From Rubrivivax sp. (GTDB lineage Bacteria; Pseudomonadota; Gammaproteobacteria; Burkholderiales; Burkholderiaceae_C), in NCBI GenBank assembly GCA_020852865.1, contig JADYZZ010000054.1:35496-99495 (forward strand): a stretch of 64,000 bases of DNA, given 5' to 3'. Both the position numbers and the translations under genes were made by a program. Of this stretch, positions 21,937 to 30,907 are shown piece after piece (position 1 is the first letter of the stretch; every line of letters begins with the position of its first letter). The notes beneath the pieces were generated by a model. The model did not search any database. It worked only from the letters and a program-made list of their open reading frames with translations, and had not been told where the DNA came from.

Positions 21937-24900
21937 CTATGGCGGCCGCGTCGCGCGACGCGGCCGCCGCCCGGGGTCGTCCGCAACGCCCGCTGCCTCG
22001 GGCCGCCCGTCGCCCGTGCCGGGTGTGCGCCGTGCGCACCGCACGACCGTCGCCAGCGCGAGCACGACGAGCAGGCTGACGCGGGGCGAATCCAGCACGC
22101 TGTCGAACGCCGCCACCACGCCCAGGCCCGCCGCCATCGCCCAGAGCGCCGCCGCGTTCGAAGCTGCCGGGTCCAGCGCCAGCGACCTGCGCAGAACGGC
22201 CACGATCAGCGCGAGCCAAGCGGCAAGCCCGAACAACCCCTGCTCGAACATCACCTGCAGCGGCGTGTTCAGCACGCGCCAGGCCAGATGTACGTCGGAA
22301 GTGGTGAACCAGCGGTCCAGCCCCTGCGCGAACGAGCCGTTGGCGAGGATGTCGCGCGGGCCGTCGAACAGCGCCAGCCGCGCGACGTCGACGCGCGTGC
22401 CGAAGGCGCGCTGATGCAGCGACAGCGACACCGGCGCCAGCGCCCCGGCCTGCGTCGTCGGCACCTTCAGCCGCAGCTCGAACGGGCGCCACTCGGGCGT
22501 GGCGCGGACCTCGCTCCATTCGCACTGCGTCGAGTTCAGCAGCGACTTCTCGCACAGGCCGACCTCGAGCGACGCGCCCTGCGGCGAGCGCACGAGCCCG
22601 GTGAAGCGCAGTTGCGCGCCGCGCCGCGCGCCGACGCGCTGGTCGACGTACAGGCCGCGCCCGCCCAGCAGTTCGAGCGCGTCGAGCCCGGCGCCGGCAT
22701 CGTGCGCCAGGCGATACGCTGCAAGCTGCTGCGCCGCACCGAATGCCGTGTAGAAGACGCGCGGGAAGCTCCCGAGCCCCATGCCGAACACCAGGTGCGG
22801 GGCATCCATCGTCATCGCGTCGAGCGCGTCGCGCCAATGCGCTGCGCGCCGCTCGAAATCGGCCCCGGAAGCACCGAGGCGCTGGCGCATCGCTCCGGAC
22901 TGCGCGCCCCACAGCGTCGCGCCGATCAGGCAGACGAGCGCGACGCCGGTGCCCCAGCGCCGGCGCGCCGGCGCCGCGCTGCGGCCGCGGCGCGATTCCA
23001 TCGCCCACACAACGGCAAAGACGGTCATCGCGACGAGCCAGCCGGCGAAGGCGGCGCGCGACAGCGTCATCAGGATGGCCGCCGCTCCCGACACGACGAC
23101 CGCGCCCCAGGCGAGCCGCGGCGCCACGGACCGCGCGTCAAGCGCCTGCGCAACGGCAAAGGGCGCGAGCACGACGAGCACGGCTTCGAGGTACGCGCCG
23201 CCGACATGCGTCGCCGAGACGAGGCCGGCCGCGCGGAACGGCGCCGCGAGGTCCGCGAACCCGACGAACGCCAGGCGCTCCCACAGCACGCCGGCCACGG
23301 CCGCGGCGAGGCCCAGCGCGAGCCCGGTTCCGAGCGCGCCCGCTCCCCTTTCGGCGCAGCCATCGCGCGCCACCAGCCAGACCAGGGCCAAGGCCCAGGC
23401 ATAGCCCTTGGCGACGCGCAGCGCATTGAAGCGGCTGAGGTAGCTCGTGAACGCGTTGGCGTCGAGCGCATCGAGCGGCAGCAGGCCCACGAACGTGCTC
23501 ACGGCCACCGACGCGGCGAGCAGCGCGAGCGCGATCCAAGGCCCCTTGGCCGCCGCGCCGCGCCGCACCGGCATCGGCTGCAGCAGCCGCAGGCCCAGCG
23601 TGAGCGCGAGCAGCGCATCGAACTCGTCCCAGTACAAGCGACCGCTCGCCGGCGCCAGATCGAGCAGCGGCAGCAGCAGCGGCACGACGATGAGATAGGC
23701 CGTCGGCACGCGCCACAACAGCGCCGCGTAGCCGGCCAGGCCGAACAGCAGCGCCCAGCGGCCGACCGGGAAGTCGAAGGCCGTCCAGAGCGCGAGCGCG
23801 AGCAAGGCGAGGCCGGCGAGGCGGCCGAGCGGTCTGCTCGCCCCCGCGCCGGGAGCTTGCGCGGCCGCGGCAGCGCCGAGCGGCGGTCGCGCTGCCGCAG
23901 CCGAGTCGGGCACGGGTCTGTGCGGCGTCGACACCCAGCGCAGCATCGCCAGCGCCGCCGCCGCGGCCACCGCGGCGATGAGCACGTCGGTGTAGTCCGC
24001 AACGCGGCCGGCGAGAAACACCTTGCTCGTCTCGGCGCCGAAGGCCAGCGCCGCCGCCAGCGCCGCTGCCGGCCCGAGCGGCGCCTGCGCGCGCCGGCGC
24101 GCCCACAGCCAGCACAGCAGGCCCACCGGCGCATAGAGCGCGAGGTGCAGCAGCGTGCTCGCCATGGTTTCGGTGTAGGGCGCGAAGTACTGGTGGTAGA
24201 AGGGCATCCAGCGCACTTCGTCCGCGCGTGCCAGCGCGCCGTCGACGCCGAGCCAGGGCGCGCGGAACCAGCCCGCCACGTAGGCAATCGCGGCGAGATA
24301 GGGCAGGAGCAAGGCGATCACGGCCGGCCGGCCGAGGCGGTTGAGATCGACGGCCGCGAAGCGCGCGCGGCCCCCGTACGCCAAGGCGCCCAGCGCCATG
24401 CCGAGCGCGCGCGTCGCCACCGAGGCGCCCTGGCTGAGGCCGCTCACCATCAGGAAGTGCAGCGCCTCGATCGCCGTCGCCGCGATGGCCCCGACCAGGC
24501 CTGCCGCGAGCCAGCCGGTGCGCGCCGGCCGCCGCCGCAGCGCGAGCCACCAGCCGCAGGGCAAGGTCGCCAGCGCGACGGCCACCGACTTCAGCCAGCA
24601 CGGCGCCGGCCCGCAGCCCACCGGCGCGCGCCAGAGGCCGTACAGATCGGAGCCGATCTTCTGCGCGAGCTCGGCCGGGCTCGTGACGAAGTCGAACGGC
24701 ATCAGGCTCGCGATCAGGTAGGCGAACACGTAGCCGTCGAGCGCCGCGCGCACGCTCACCGGCCCGCCCGACGCGAGCCGGCTCCACCAGCTCAGGCCGG
24801 CCCGGCCGAGGCCGCTCCACAGCAACGCGCCGAGCGCAACGCCTGCCAGCTCGGCGGCGACGTTGTTCAGATTGACGGTGCGGCCCGGGAACCACAGCTG

Positions 24901-25218
24901 CGCGAAGTTGACGCCCAGGGCCCAGGCCGTGCCGAGCAGGCAGGCGGCGATCCAGGCCGGCCATTCGAGGCGCCGGCGCGGCGCCGGCGCAGCCGAGGCG
25001 GTGAGCAGCGCGCCGAGCGGCAGGAACATCAGCGCCCGCGACACGAGCGCGACGTTCTGATCCGAGCCGAGCCGATCCCAGCGGATGCGGGCAAAGCGCC
25101 AGGCCGCCTCGCTCGCCGTCAGCGGCGCGAACGCATAGGGCAGGAAGAGCAGATGCGCGACGAGCAGCGCACAGGCGATCGTGGCCAGCACCAGCCGCGT
25201 TCTCGTCAACTCGATCAC
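21937..25218 (-). CDS. Large membrane protein: three VanZ-like repeats, O-antigen-ligase-like region and periplasmic carbohydrate-binding-like insert
   Basis: Repeated MFLPLG/LYAPVG...E/Q...R...G VanZ-type blocks; TLSRAA, RAAHWRDA, GMGLGSFP, QVMFEQGLFGL; LANGSFAQGLDRWF; GTG start with GAAGGGG RBS. Confidence 0.75.
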   Translation of the reverse strand: MIELTRTRLVLATIACALLVAHLLFLPYAFAPLTASEAAWRFARIRWDRLGSDQNVALVSRALMFLPLGALLTASAAPAPRRRLEWPAWIAACLLGTAWALGVNFAQLWFPGRTVNLNNVAAELAGVALGALLWSGLGRAGLSWWSRLASGGPVSVRAALDGYVFAYLIASLMPFDFVTSPAELAQKIGSDLYGLWRAPVGCGPAPCWLKSVAVALATLPCGWWLALRRRPARTGWLAAGLVGAIAATAIEALHFLMVSGLSQGASVATRALGMALGALAYGGRARFAAVDLNRLGRPAVIALLLPYLAAIAYVAGWFRAPWLGVDGALARADEVRWMPFYHQYFAPYTETMASTLLHLALYAPVGLLCWLWARRRAQAPLGPAAALAAALAFGAETSKVFLAGRVADYTDVLIAAVAAAAALAMLRWVSTPHRPVPDSAAAARPPLGAAAAAQAPGAGASRPLGRLAGLALLALALWTAFDFPVGRWALLFGLAGYAALLWRVPTAYLIVVPLLLPLLDLAPASGRLYWDEFDALLALTLGLRLLQPMPVRRGAAAKGPWIALALLAASVAVSTFVGLLPLDALDANAFTSYLSRFNALRVAKGYAWALALVWLVARDGCAERGAGALGTGLALGLAAAVAGVLWERLAFVGFADLAAPFRAAGLVSATHVGGAYLEAVLVVLAPFAVAQALDARSVAPRLAWGAVVVSGAAAILMTLSRAAFAGWLVAMTVFAVVWAMESRRGRSAAPARRRWGTGVALVCLIGATLWGAQSGAMRQRLGASGADFERRAAHWRDALDAMTMDAPHLVFGMGLGSFPRVFYTAFGAAQQLAAYRLAHDAGAGLDALELLGGRGLYVDQRVGARRGAQLRFTGLVRSPQGASLEVGLCEKSLLNSTQCEWSEVRATPEWRPFELRLKVPTTQAGALAPVSLSLHQRAFGTRVDVARLALFDGPRDILANGSFAQGLDRWFTTSDVHLAWRVLNTPLQVMFEQGLFGLAAWLALIVAVLRRSLALDPAASNAAALWAMAAGLGVVAAFDSVLDSPRVSLLVVLALATVVRCARRTPGTGDGRPEAAGVADDPGRRPRRATRPP

Positions 25219-25469
25219 CCCTTCAGGCTTGCGCGCGCGGCAATGCCAGCGCTTGCAGCCGCCGCCCGGATGCCGGCCGGCCGGCGTCGAATGCGGGCAT
25301 CAGGCAGCCTGAGGCCGGCGTGAGATCGGCGTGCGGACGGTGCGACTTCGGCGCGAGTATCACGCCGCACGCACCCGCACGGCGTGCACGCGTTCAGGCG
25401 CCGCGGTGCCGCTGCGCCCCGGGCGGCTCCGGCTCGGGCTGCGCTCGCACGCGAGGCGGCGCGGCCCGT

Positions 25470-25901
25470 TCAGCAGCCGCCGCCGCCGGACTTGATCCGG
25501 GCCTTGATTTCGGGATTGGCACTGCACAGGCTGTGCGTGCCGTCGCCGTTGTCCCAGACGGAGTAGGTGAAGATCTTGCCGCCGCCGTAGTCATAGGTGA
25601 CGAAGACGCCGCGGCCGTCGGCGCCGCTGACCGACCAGGTGCCGATCTGCTTGCGTGGATCGACCGGATCGACCGGCCCGCGCTTGAAGTCGAAGAGCAG
25701 GCCGCCGGCCAGATGCTCTTCCTGCGCATCCATCGTCGGCTGCGTCACCGGCGGCACGCACGCCGTATTGCCGGTGAGCAGCGCGCTCATCGCCGCTTTC
25801 GTGTTCACGCGCACCGACGGCGCGGCGCATGCTGCCATCGAGGCAGCCGGCACCGACGCCAGCAAGGCACCGGCAGCCGTGGCTAGGATCAGCGATCTCA
25901 T
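25470..25901 (-). CDS. Secreted hypothetical protein with four Cys
   Basis: Signal peptide MRSLILATAAGALLASVPAASMA; QEEH...FDFKRGPVDPVDP...IGTW core. Confidence 0.75.
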   Translation of the reverse strand: MRSLILATAAGALLASVPAASMAACAAPSVRVNTKAAMSALLTGNTACVPPVTQPTMDAQEEHLAGGLLFDFKRGPVDPVDPRKQIGTWSVSGADGRGVFVTYDYGGGKIFTYSVWDNGDGTHSLCSANPEIKARIKSGGGGC

Positions 25902-25943
25902 GGTCTCGCTCCGATTCCGGGGTTGGGTCATGGGAAGAACGAT

Positions 25944-25969
25944 GCCGACCGGGCTCGGCCCCGGTCGGC
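25944..25969 (-). terminator. GC-rich hairpin downstream of the PEP-CTERM gene
   Basis: GCCGACCGGG-ctcggc-CCCGGTCGGC perfect 10-bp stem; only a weak U-tract (ATCGTTCTT) follows on the minus strand. Confidence 0.5.
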
Positions 25970-26029
25970 GATTCTCGAGTGCAGCGAGGGGCGGCGGCAG
26001 CGAGGCAGCGGCGCCGGCTCACCCATGGT

Positions 26030-26608
26030 TCACGCTCGCCGCTGGCGACGTCGGCGGGCCACCGCACCGGCCACCCCGGCCAGCCCGAGCATCATCATCG
26101 CGACAGACCCCGGCTCGGGCACCGGAGCGCTGAACTGCGAGATCGTCAGGGTCGCGTTGCCGAACTGGTTGTCGTTGGTCCCGATGCTGAAGCCGATCAA
26201 CTGGCCGGCACTGACCGCAAAGCTCACGTCGCCCGACTGGGTCGTGGAGCCGCTGTCACTGGTCAGTTGGACCTGGCCGCCGTTCCAATACCAGGCCGGG
26301 TCGTACAGAGGATCGGAGTCGCTGGATGCATATGCCCAGTGAAAGGTGACCGTCCCCGCAGCCTGCGTGAGGATCGTGAAATCGCGCCGGCTGAACTCAC
26401 CCGAATCGGTATCCGAGCCGACCAGCTCGATCGAAGCCGGCGCGCCCAGCAGGGAAACGCTGCCGTTGTCGTCGGCGCAACCCGCCGGCGAGCACGCCTG
26501 CGTCCAGTTGCCCACCGCGTAGTAGCCGCTGAAATCGGCCAACGCCGGCATCGACAGCCCCAGCAGCGCCGCCGCCGCCGCCGCGGCACGAAAGATCGAC
26601 TTGCTCAT
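26030..26608 (-). CDS. PEP-CTERM sorting domain protein
   Basis: Signal peptide; Ser/Thr/Asp/Gly-rich body; VPEPGS + TM helix + RRRRQRR tail. Confidence 0.95.
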   Translation of the reverse strand: MSKSIFRAAAAAAALLGLSMPALADFSGYYAVGNWTQACSPAGCADDNGSVSLLGAPASIELVGSDTDSGEFSRRDFTILTQAAGTVTFHWAYASSDSDPLYDPAWYWNGGQVQLTSDSGSTTQSGDVSFAVSAGQLIGFSIGTNDNQFGNATLTISQFSAPVPEPGSVAMMMLGLAGVAGAVARRRRQRRA

Positions 26609-26644
26609 CCTGCTTTCCTCTCCAATTGCCGTTCCGGCGTTTCA

Positions 26645-26660
26645 TGCAAGTTCCGAGCCA
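26645..26660 (-). promoter_or_regulatory. Sigma-54 (-24/-12) promoter of the PEP-CTERM gene
   Basis: Minus strand TGGCTCGGAACTTGCA matches TGGC-N7-TTGCW, 36 bp upstream of the ATG. Confidence 0.85.
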
Positions 26661-26725
26661 TGACGGGCAAGACCCCGGGAATCAAGCGCTTGCCCGGCCA
26701 CCTCGGCAGCAGCCGCGGACGGGGC

Positions 26726-26742
26726 TGTAAAGGATATCGACA
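26726..26742. promoter_or_regulatory. Enhancer-binding-protein site (TGT-N11-ACA), candidate PrsR box
   Basis: TGTAAAGGATATCGACA, 65 bp upstream of the -24 element, AT-rich island in GC-rich DNA. Confidence 0.65.
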
Positions 26743-26849
26743 ATCGGCGACACGCGGGCCTCAGCACAAGCCTGGGCCCGAAGCACCGCAGCGGCACCAG
26801 AATCCCGCCATTCACCGACAGCCGACCGCCGACTGCGGCAACGCCGCGC

Positions 26850-28091
26850 ATGCCCCAAGCCCACCGTGACACTCGGCGCTGCACCCGCCGCCGCTGGCTG
26901 CTTGCCGCCGCGCCCTGGTACGCGCCCTGGTGCATCCTGCCCGCCGCCTGCGCGACACGCGGCGATGCGCAGCCCGCGCCGCCCACGCTCCAGGTCGGCC
27001 CCGGCCGCGCGCTGAAGACCATCGCCGCAGCCGCAAGCGTTGCGCGCGACGGCGACGTCGTCGAAGTCGACGCCGGCGAATACCGCGGCGAGGCCGCCGT
27101 CGCCGCCTGGCTGCAGGACCGCCTGACGCTGCGCGCCACGGGCGGGCGCGTGCGCGTCGTCGCCGACGGCCAGGCCGCCGAAGGCAAGGCGATCTGGGTC
27201 GTGCGCGGCGGGCGCGTCGCGGTGAGCGGATTCGACTTCGAGGGCGCGCGCGTGGCCGCGCGCAACGGCGCCGGCATCCGCTTCGAGGCCGGACAGCTCA
27301 CGCTGCGCCGCTGCCGCTTCGGCGGCAACGAGATGGGCCTGCTCACGAGCAACGACCCGCGTGCCGAACTGGTGCTGCAGTTCAGTGAATTCGCGCACAA
27401 CCTGAGGCCCGACGGACACAACCACCAGCTCTACGCCGGTAGCATCGCCAGCCTTGCCGTATGGGGCTGCTGGTTCCATCACGGCAGCGTGGGCCACCTG
27501 CTCAAGAGCCGCGCCGCGGTGAGCCGCGTCTTCTACAGCCGGCTCACCGACGAGGCGGGCGGAACATCGAGCTACGAGCTCGAGTTCCCGAACGGCGGCG
27601 TGGCGCTGGTGGTGGGCAACGTCGTGCAGCAAGGGCCGATGACCGACAACCCGATCATGATTTCGTACGGCGCCGAGGGCTACCGCTGGCCGCGCAACAC
27701 GCTCGCGCTGGTGCACAACACGCTCGTCGACGAACTGCCCGAGGGCGGGCGCTGCCTGCGCGTGGCGCCGGGCGCGGTCGACCTGCTTGCCGCCTGCAAC
27801 CTGCTGGTCGGCAACGGCGCGCACCTGGAAGGGGCGGCCGCGGGCGAGTACCGCGCCAACGCCTATGCCGGCCCTGAGGTGTTCGCCGACCCCGCCGGGT
27901 ACGACTACCGCGTGGCGCGCGGCGCCGCGCTGCCCGCTCCGCTCGACCCCGGCCGCCGCGAAGGCATGCCGCTCATGCCCACGCACGAGTACCTGCACCC
28001 CTGCGCCACGCGCGCGCTCGGCGCGCGGCCGGCACTGCCCGGCGCGCTGCAGACGCGGGCCGACAGGCACAAGCGGGCGAGCCAGGCATGA
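26850..28091 (+). CDS. Right-handed parallel beta-helix (pectate lyase-like) exported protein
   Basis: RRR-containing N-terminus; VGPGRALKTIAAA, GDVVEVDAGEY, NGAGIR, GHLLKSRA repeats. Confidence 0.8.
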   Translation: MPQAHRDTRRCTRRRWLLAAAPWYAPWCILPAACATRGDAQPAPPTLQVGPGRALKTIAAAASVARDGDVVEVDAGEYRGEAAVAAWLQDRLTLRATGGRVRVVADGQAAEGKAIWVVRGGRVAVSGFDFEGARVAARNGAGIRFEAGQLTLRRCRFGGNEMGLLTSNDPRAELVLQFSEFAHNLRPDGHNHQLYAGSIASLAVWGCWFHHGSVGHLLKSRAAVSRVFYSRLTDEAGGTSSYELEFPNGGVALVVGNVVQQGPMTDNPIMISYGAEGYRWPRNTLALVHNTLVDELPEGGRCLRVAPGAVDLLAACNLLVGNGAHLEGAAAGEYRANAYAGPEVFADPAGYDYRVARGAALPAPLDPGRREGMPLMPTHEYLHPCATRALGARPALPGALQTRADRHKRASQA

Positions 28092-28216
28092 GCACGCCGG
28101 GCCGGTTCCAGACGCCCGTCGCGCGGCGCGCGGCGCCCGTCGCGCGGTGCGCGGCGACCATCGGGCAGCGCTGGGCGGCCATCGCGCAGCGCACGGCGCG
28201 CAAGGCTCTGCTGTGA
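28088..28216 (+). CDS. Possible 42-aa Arg/Ala-rich small ORF with a 21-bp internal duplication
   Basis: ATGA overlap with the upstream stop and GTGA overlap with the downstream start; duplication at 28113-28154. Confidence 0.35.
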   Translation: MSTPGRFQTPVARRAAPVARCAATIGQRWAAIAQRTARKALL

Positions 28217-29925
28217 GCGGGCAGCCCCCCGGCGCCTGCACGGGCGAGTACGGTCGCAAGCCTACCGCCCCCACCGGCTGGGTGCAAGGCACGCCGCGCT
28301 TCGCCGACCCGCGCCTGGCCGACCTCGCACGGCGCGAGGGCCCTCTCGCCGCCTTTGCCGCAGCGCTGCAGCAAGGCCCCGAGGCCGCAGCCGCGGCCGC
28401 CGAAGGCGACTTCGCCGTCACGCTCGAAACCGGCGGCCGCAGCTTCCTCGCCACCGACCGCTTCGGCATCCGCCGGCTGTGCTGGCGCATCGTCGACGGC
28501 CGGCTGCACTGCGCCGAACGCGCCGACGAACTGGCCGCCCTCGCGCCGCGCGCCGAGATCGAGCCGCAGGCGCTGTTCGACTACCTCTACTTCCACGTCA
28601 TCCCCTCGCCGCGCACCATCTTCAGCGGCGTGTTCCGGTTGCCGCCGGCGCACTGTGCCGTCTTCGAGAGCGGCCGGCTCACGCTCGCGCGCTACTGGCA
28701 GCCGCGCTTCGACGAACCGCGCCGGCCCGACTTCTCCGCGCTCGCCGCCGAATTCCGCCAGCACCTGCGCGACGCCGTGGCGGCGCAGCTCGACGGCAGC
28801 AAGGCCGCCTGCTTTCTGAGCGGCGGCACCGACAGCTCCACGGTCGCGGGGATGATCGGCGAGACCACCGGCCGCGCCGCCGCCACCTACTCGATCGGCT
28901 TCGAGGCCGAGGGCTACGACGAGATGCAGTTCGCTCGCATCGCGGCGCGCCGCTTCGGCACCGAGCACCACGAGTACTACGTGACGCCAGACGATCTGGT
29001 GCGCAGCATCCCCGCCGTGGCCGCGCACTACGACCAGCCCTTCGGCAACAGCTCGGCGCTGCCCGCCTTCTACTGCGCGCAGATGGCGCGCGCCGACGGC
29101 GTGACCAGGCTGCTGGCCGGCGACGGCGGCGACGAGCTCTACGGCGGCAACGCGCGCTACGCCAAGCAGCGCATCTTCGGCTGGTACCACGCCGTGCCCG
29201 GCGCGCTGCGCACGGGCCTGCTCGAGCCCATGTTCGAGCGCACGCCGCTGGGCGCGCTGCCGCTGGCGCGCAAGGGCCGCAGCTACGTCGAGCAGGCCAA
29301 GGTGCCGATGCCCGACCGCATGGAGATGTACAACCTGCTGCTGCGCCTGGGCCCGGCCAACGTCTTCACGCCCGACTTCCTGGCGCAGGTCGACGCCGCG
29401 GCGCCGCTCGCGCAGCAGCGCGAGGTCTGGCAGGCCGTGCCCGGGGCGAGCGCGCTCAATCGCACGCTCGCCTTCGACTGGCGCTACACGCTCACCGAGA
29501 CCGACCTGCCCAAGGTCGTCGGCACCACCGCGCTGGCCGGCGTGCAGGTGGGTTTTCCGTTCCTCGACGCGCGCGTCGTCGACTTCTCGCTCGGCCTGCC
29601 CACCGAATACAAGCTCAAGGGCCTCAAGCTGCGCTGGTTCTTCAAGGAGGCGCTGCGCGGCTTCCTGCCCGACGAGATCATCGCCAAGCGCAAGCAGGGC
29701 TTCGGCCTGCCCTTCGGCGTCTGGGCCAACCGGCACGAGGGGCTCAAGCGCCTCGCAACCGACTCGCTGCATTCGATCGCCGGCCGCGGCGTCGTGCGCC
29801 GCGACTTCGTCGAGACCCTGCTCGCGCAGCACCTGCCGGCGCACCCCGGGTACTACGGCGAGATGGTGTGGATCCTGATGATGCTGGAGCAGTGGCTGCG
29901 GCGGCACACTCGGGCCGCTCCCTGA
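28213..29925 (+). CDS. Asparagine synthase-like amidotransferase lacking the N-terminal catalytic Cys
   Basis: ATDRFGIRRL, LSGGTDSS PP-loop, GDGGDELYGG, PFLD, KQGFGLP; GTG start 28213. Confidence 0.85.
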   Translation: MSGQPPGACTGEYGRKPTAPTGWVQGTPRFADPRLADLARREGPLAAFAAALQQGPEAAAAAAEGDFAVTLETGGRSFLATDRFGIRRLCWRIVDGRLHCAERADELAALAPRAEIEPQALFDYLYFHVIPSPRTIFSGVFRLPPAHCAVFESGRLTLARYWQPRFDEPRRPDFSALAAEFRQHLRDAVAAQLDGSKAACFLSGGTDSSTVAGMIGETTGRAAATYSIGFEAEGYDEMQFARIAARRFGTEHHEYYVTPDDLVRSIPAVAAHYDQPFGNSSALPAFYCAQMARADGVTRLLAGDGGDELYGGNARYAKQRIFGWYHAVPGALRTGLLEPMFERTPLGALPLARKGRSYVEQAKVPMPDRMEMYNLLLRLGPANVFTPDFLAQVDAAAPLAQQREVWQAVPGASALNRTLAFDWRYTLTETDLPKVVGTTALAGVQVGFPFLDARVVDFSLGLPTEYKLKGLKLRWFFKEALRGFLPDEIIAKRKQGFGLPFGVWANRHEGLKRLATDSLHSIAGRGVVRRDFVETLLAQHLPAHPGYYGEMVWILMMLEQWLRRHTRAAP

Positions 29926-29948
29926 TCGCGGCGCCAAGCGACAGGGCT

Positions 29949-30243
29949 GTGCCGCGTCCCGAGACGCAGTCGACACCGTCGTACTTCCCGCACGTCGACG
30001 GCCTGCGCGGCCTCGCCGTCATCGCGGTGCTGCTGTATCACCTCGACCCCAGGTGGCTGCCCGGCGGCTTCGTAGGCGTCGATGTCTTCTTCGCGATCTC
30101 CGGCTACGTAGTGACGGCCTCGCTGGCCGGCCACCAGGCCGAAGGCGCGGGCGCCTTCCTTGCGCGCTTCTATTCGCACCGCCTGGCGCGCTTGGTTCCC
30201 GCACTTGCCACGATGCTCGTCGCCACGACGCTGCTCTACGTGC
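29949..30243 (+). pseudogene. 5' fragment of an OafA-like acyltransferase-3 gene
   Basis: HVDGLRGLAVIAVLLYH...GGFVGVDVFFAISGYVVT...FYSHRLARLVPAL, then similarity ends at about 100 codons. Confidence 0.85.
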
Positions 30244-30516
30244 TTGTTTGCCGGCTCGGTGTTGTCAGCCAAGGAGCGCGGCGAAGTGTTCGATGGCTTG
30301 ATGAGCCGGTGCCGATGGGTCGAAGTGTTCTACGCCTGGCGACCCAACTTGCCCGACGAGGGCGACAACCATCTCATCGAGTTGGGTGTCGCCGCGCAGG
30401 CCGGCGCCATCGTCACGCGCAACCTGCGTGACGTGGCGCGCGGCGAGTTGATGTTTCCCCCGCTCAGGGTGCTGACGCCCGAGCAATGCCTGGAGGCGTT
30501 TCCATGTCCACCTTGA
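30244..30516 (+). pseudogene. 3' half of a PIN-domain toxin gene (no start, N-terminal LDTN motif missing)
   Basis: LFAGSVLSAKERGEVF...WRPNLPDEGDNHLIEL...IVTRNLRD; junction position approximate. Confidence 0.8.
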
Positions 30517-30719
30517 CGATCCGTTTGCCCGACGACAAGCACGAGCGCCTGAAGGCGCTGGCGAAGTCCAACGACATCAGCGTCAACAAGCTGATGGACG
30601 AACTGGCCACGGTCGCGCTCGCCAACTATGACGCCCGTGTGCGCTTCGAGACCCGCGTGGCGCGCGGCAACGCCAGGCGTGCGCTGGCGCTGCTCGACAG
30701 GCTCGATCGGGCGGGGTGA
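30504..30719 (+). CDS. RHH antitoxin (HicB-like family partnering PIN toxins)
   Basis: MSTLTIRLPDDKHERLKALA...SVNKL; overlaps the PIN 3' end; GGAGG RBS. Confidence 0.88.
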   Translation: MSTLTIRLPDDKHERLKALAKSNDISVNKLMDELATVALANYDARVRFETRVARGNARRALALLDRLDRAG

Positions 30720-30907
30720 GGCAGCGCGGCGCGTGAGCGGTAAGGCGCACGCGTTGGACGTTGGAGAAAGGTCAGGTCACGAACCGCACCCGATGCTCTG
30801 CGCCAGTCCGTGATCTGGTGCCTGATTCCCAGGCGTGGCGCCCCCGAGACCCTTCGGTCAGAAGCTACATTTCGACCCCGCGCGCCGCAGTGCGCGGTGC
30901 TTCCGAC

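Noticed and set aside
21646-25323. 1225-aa plus-strand ORF
   Set aside because: Antisense shadow of yajC and the VanZ-like gene, with Arg/Ala/Gly-rich composition and no motifs
28088-29925. Lasso peptide cluster
   Set aside because: No B1/B2 peptidase genes, the small ORF has no Asp/Glu, and the EPS context explains the AsnB homologs
30720-30907. Possible gene remnant after the RHH antitoxin
   Set aside because: No recognisable motif in the frames examined
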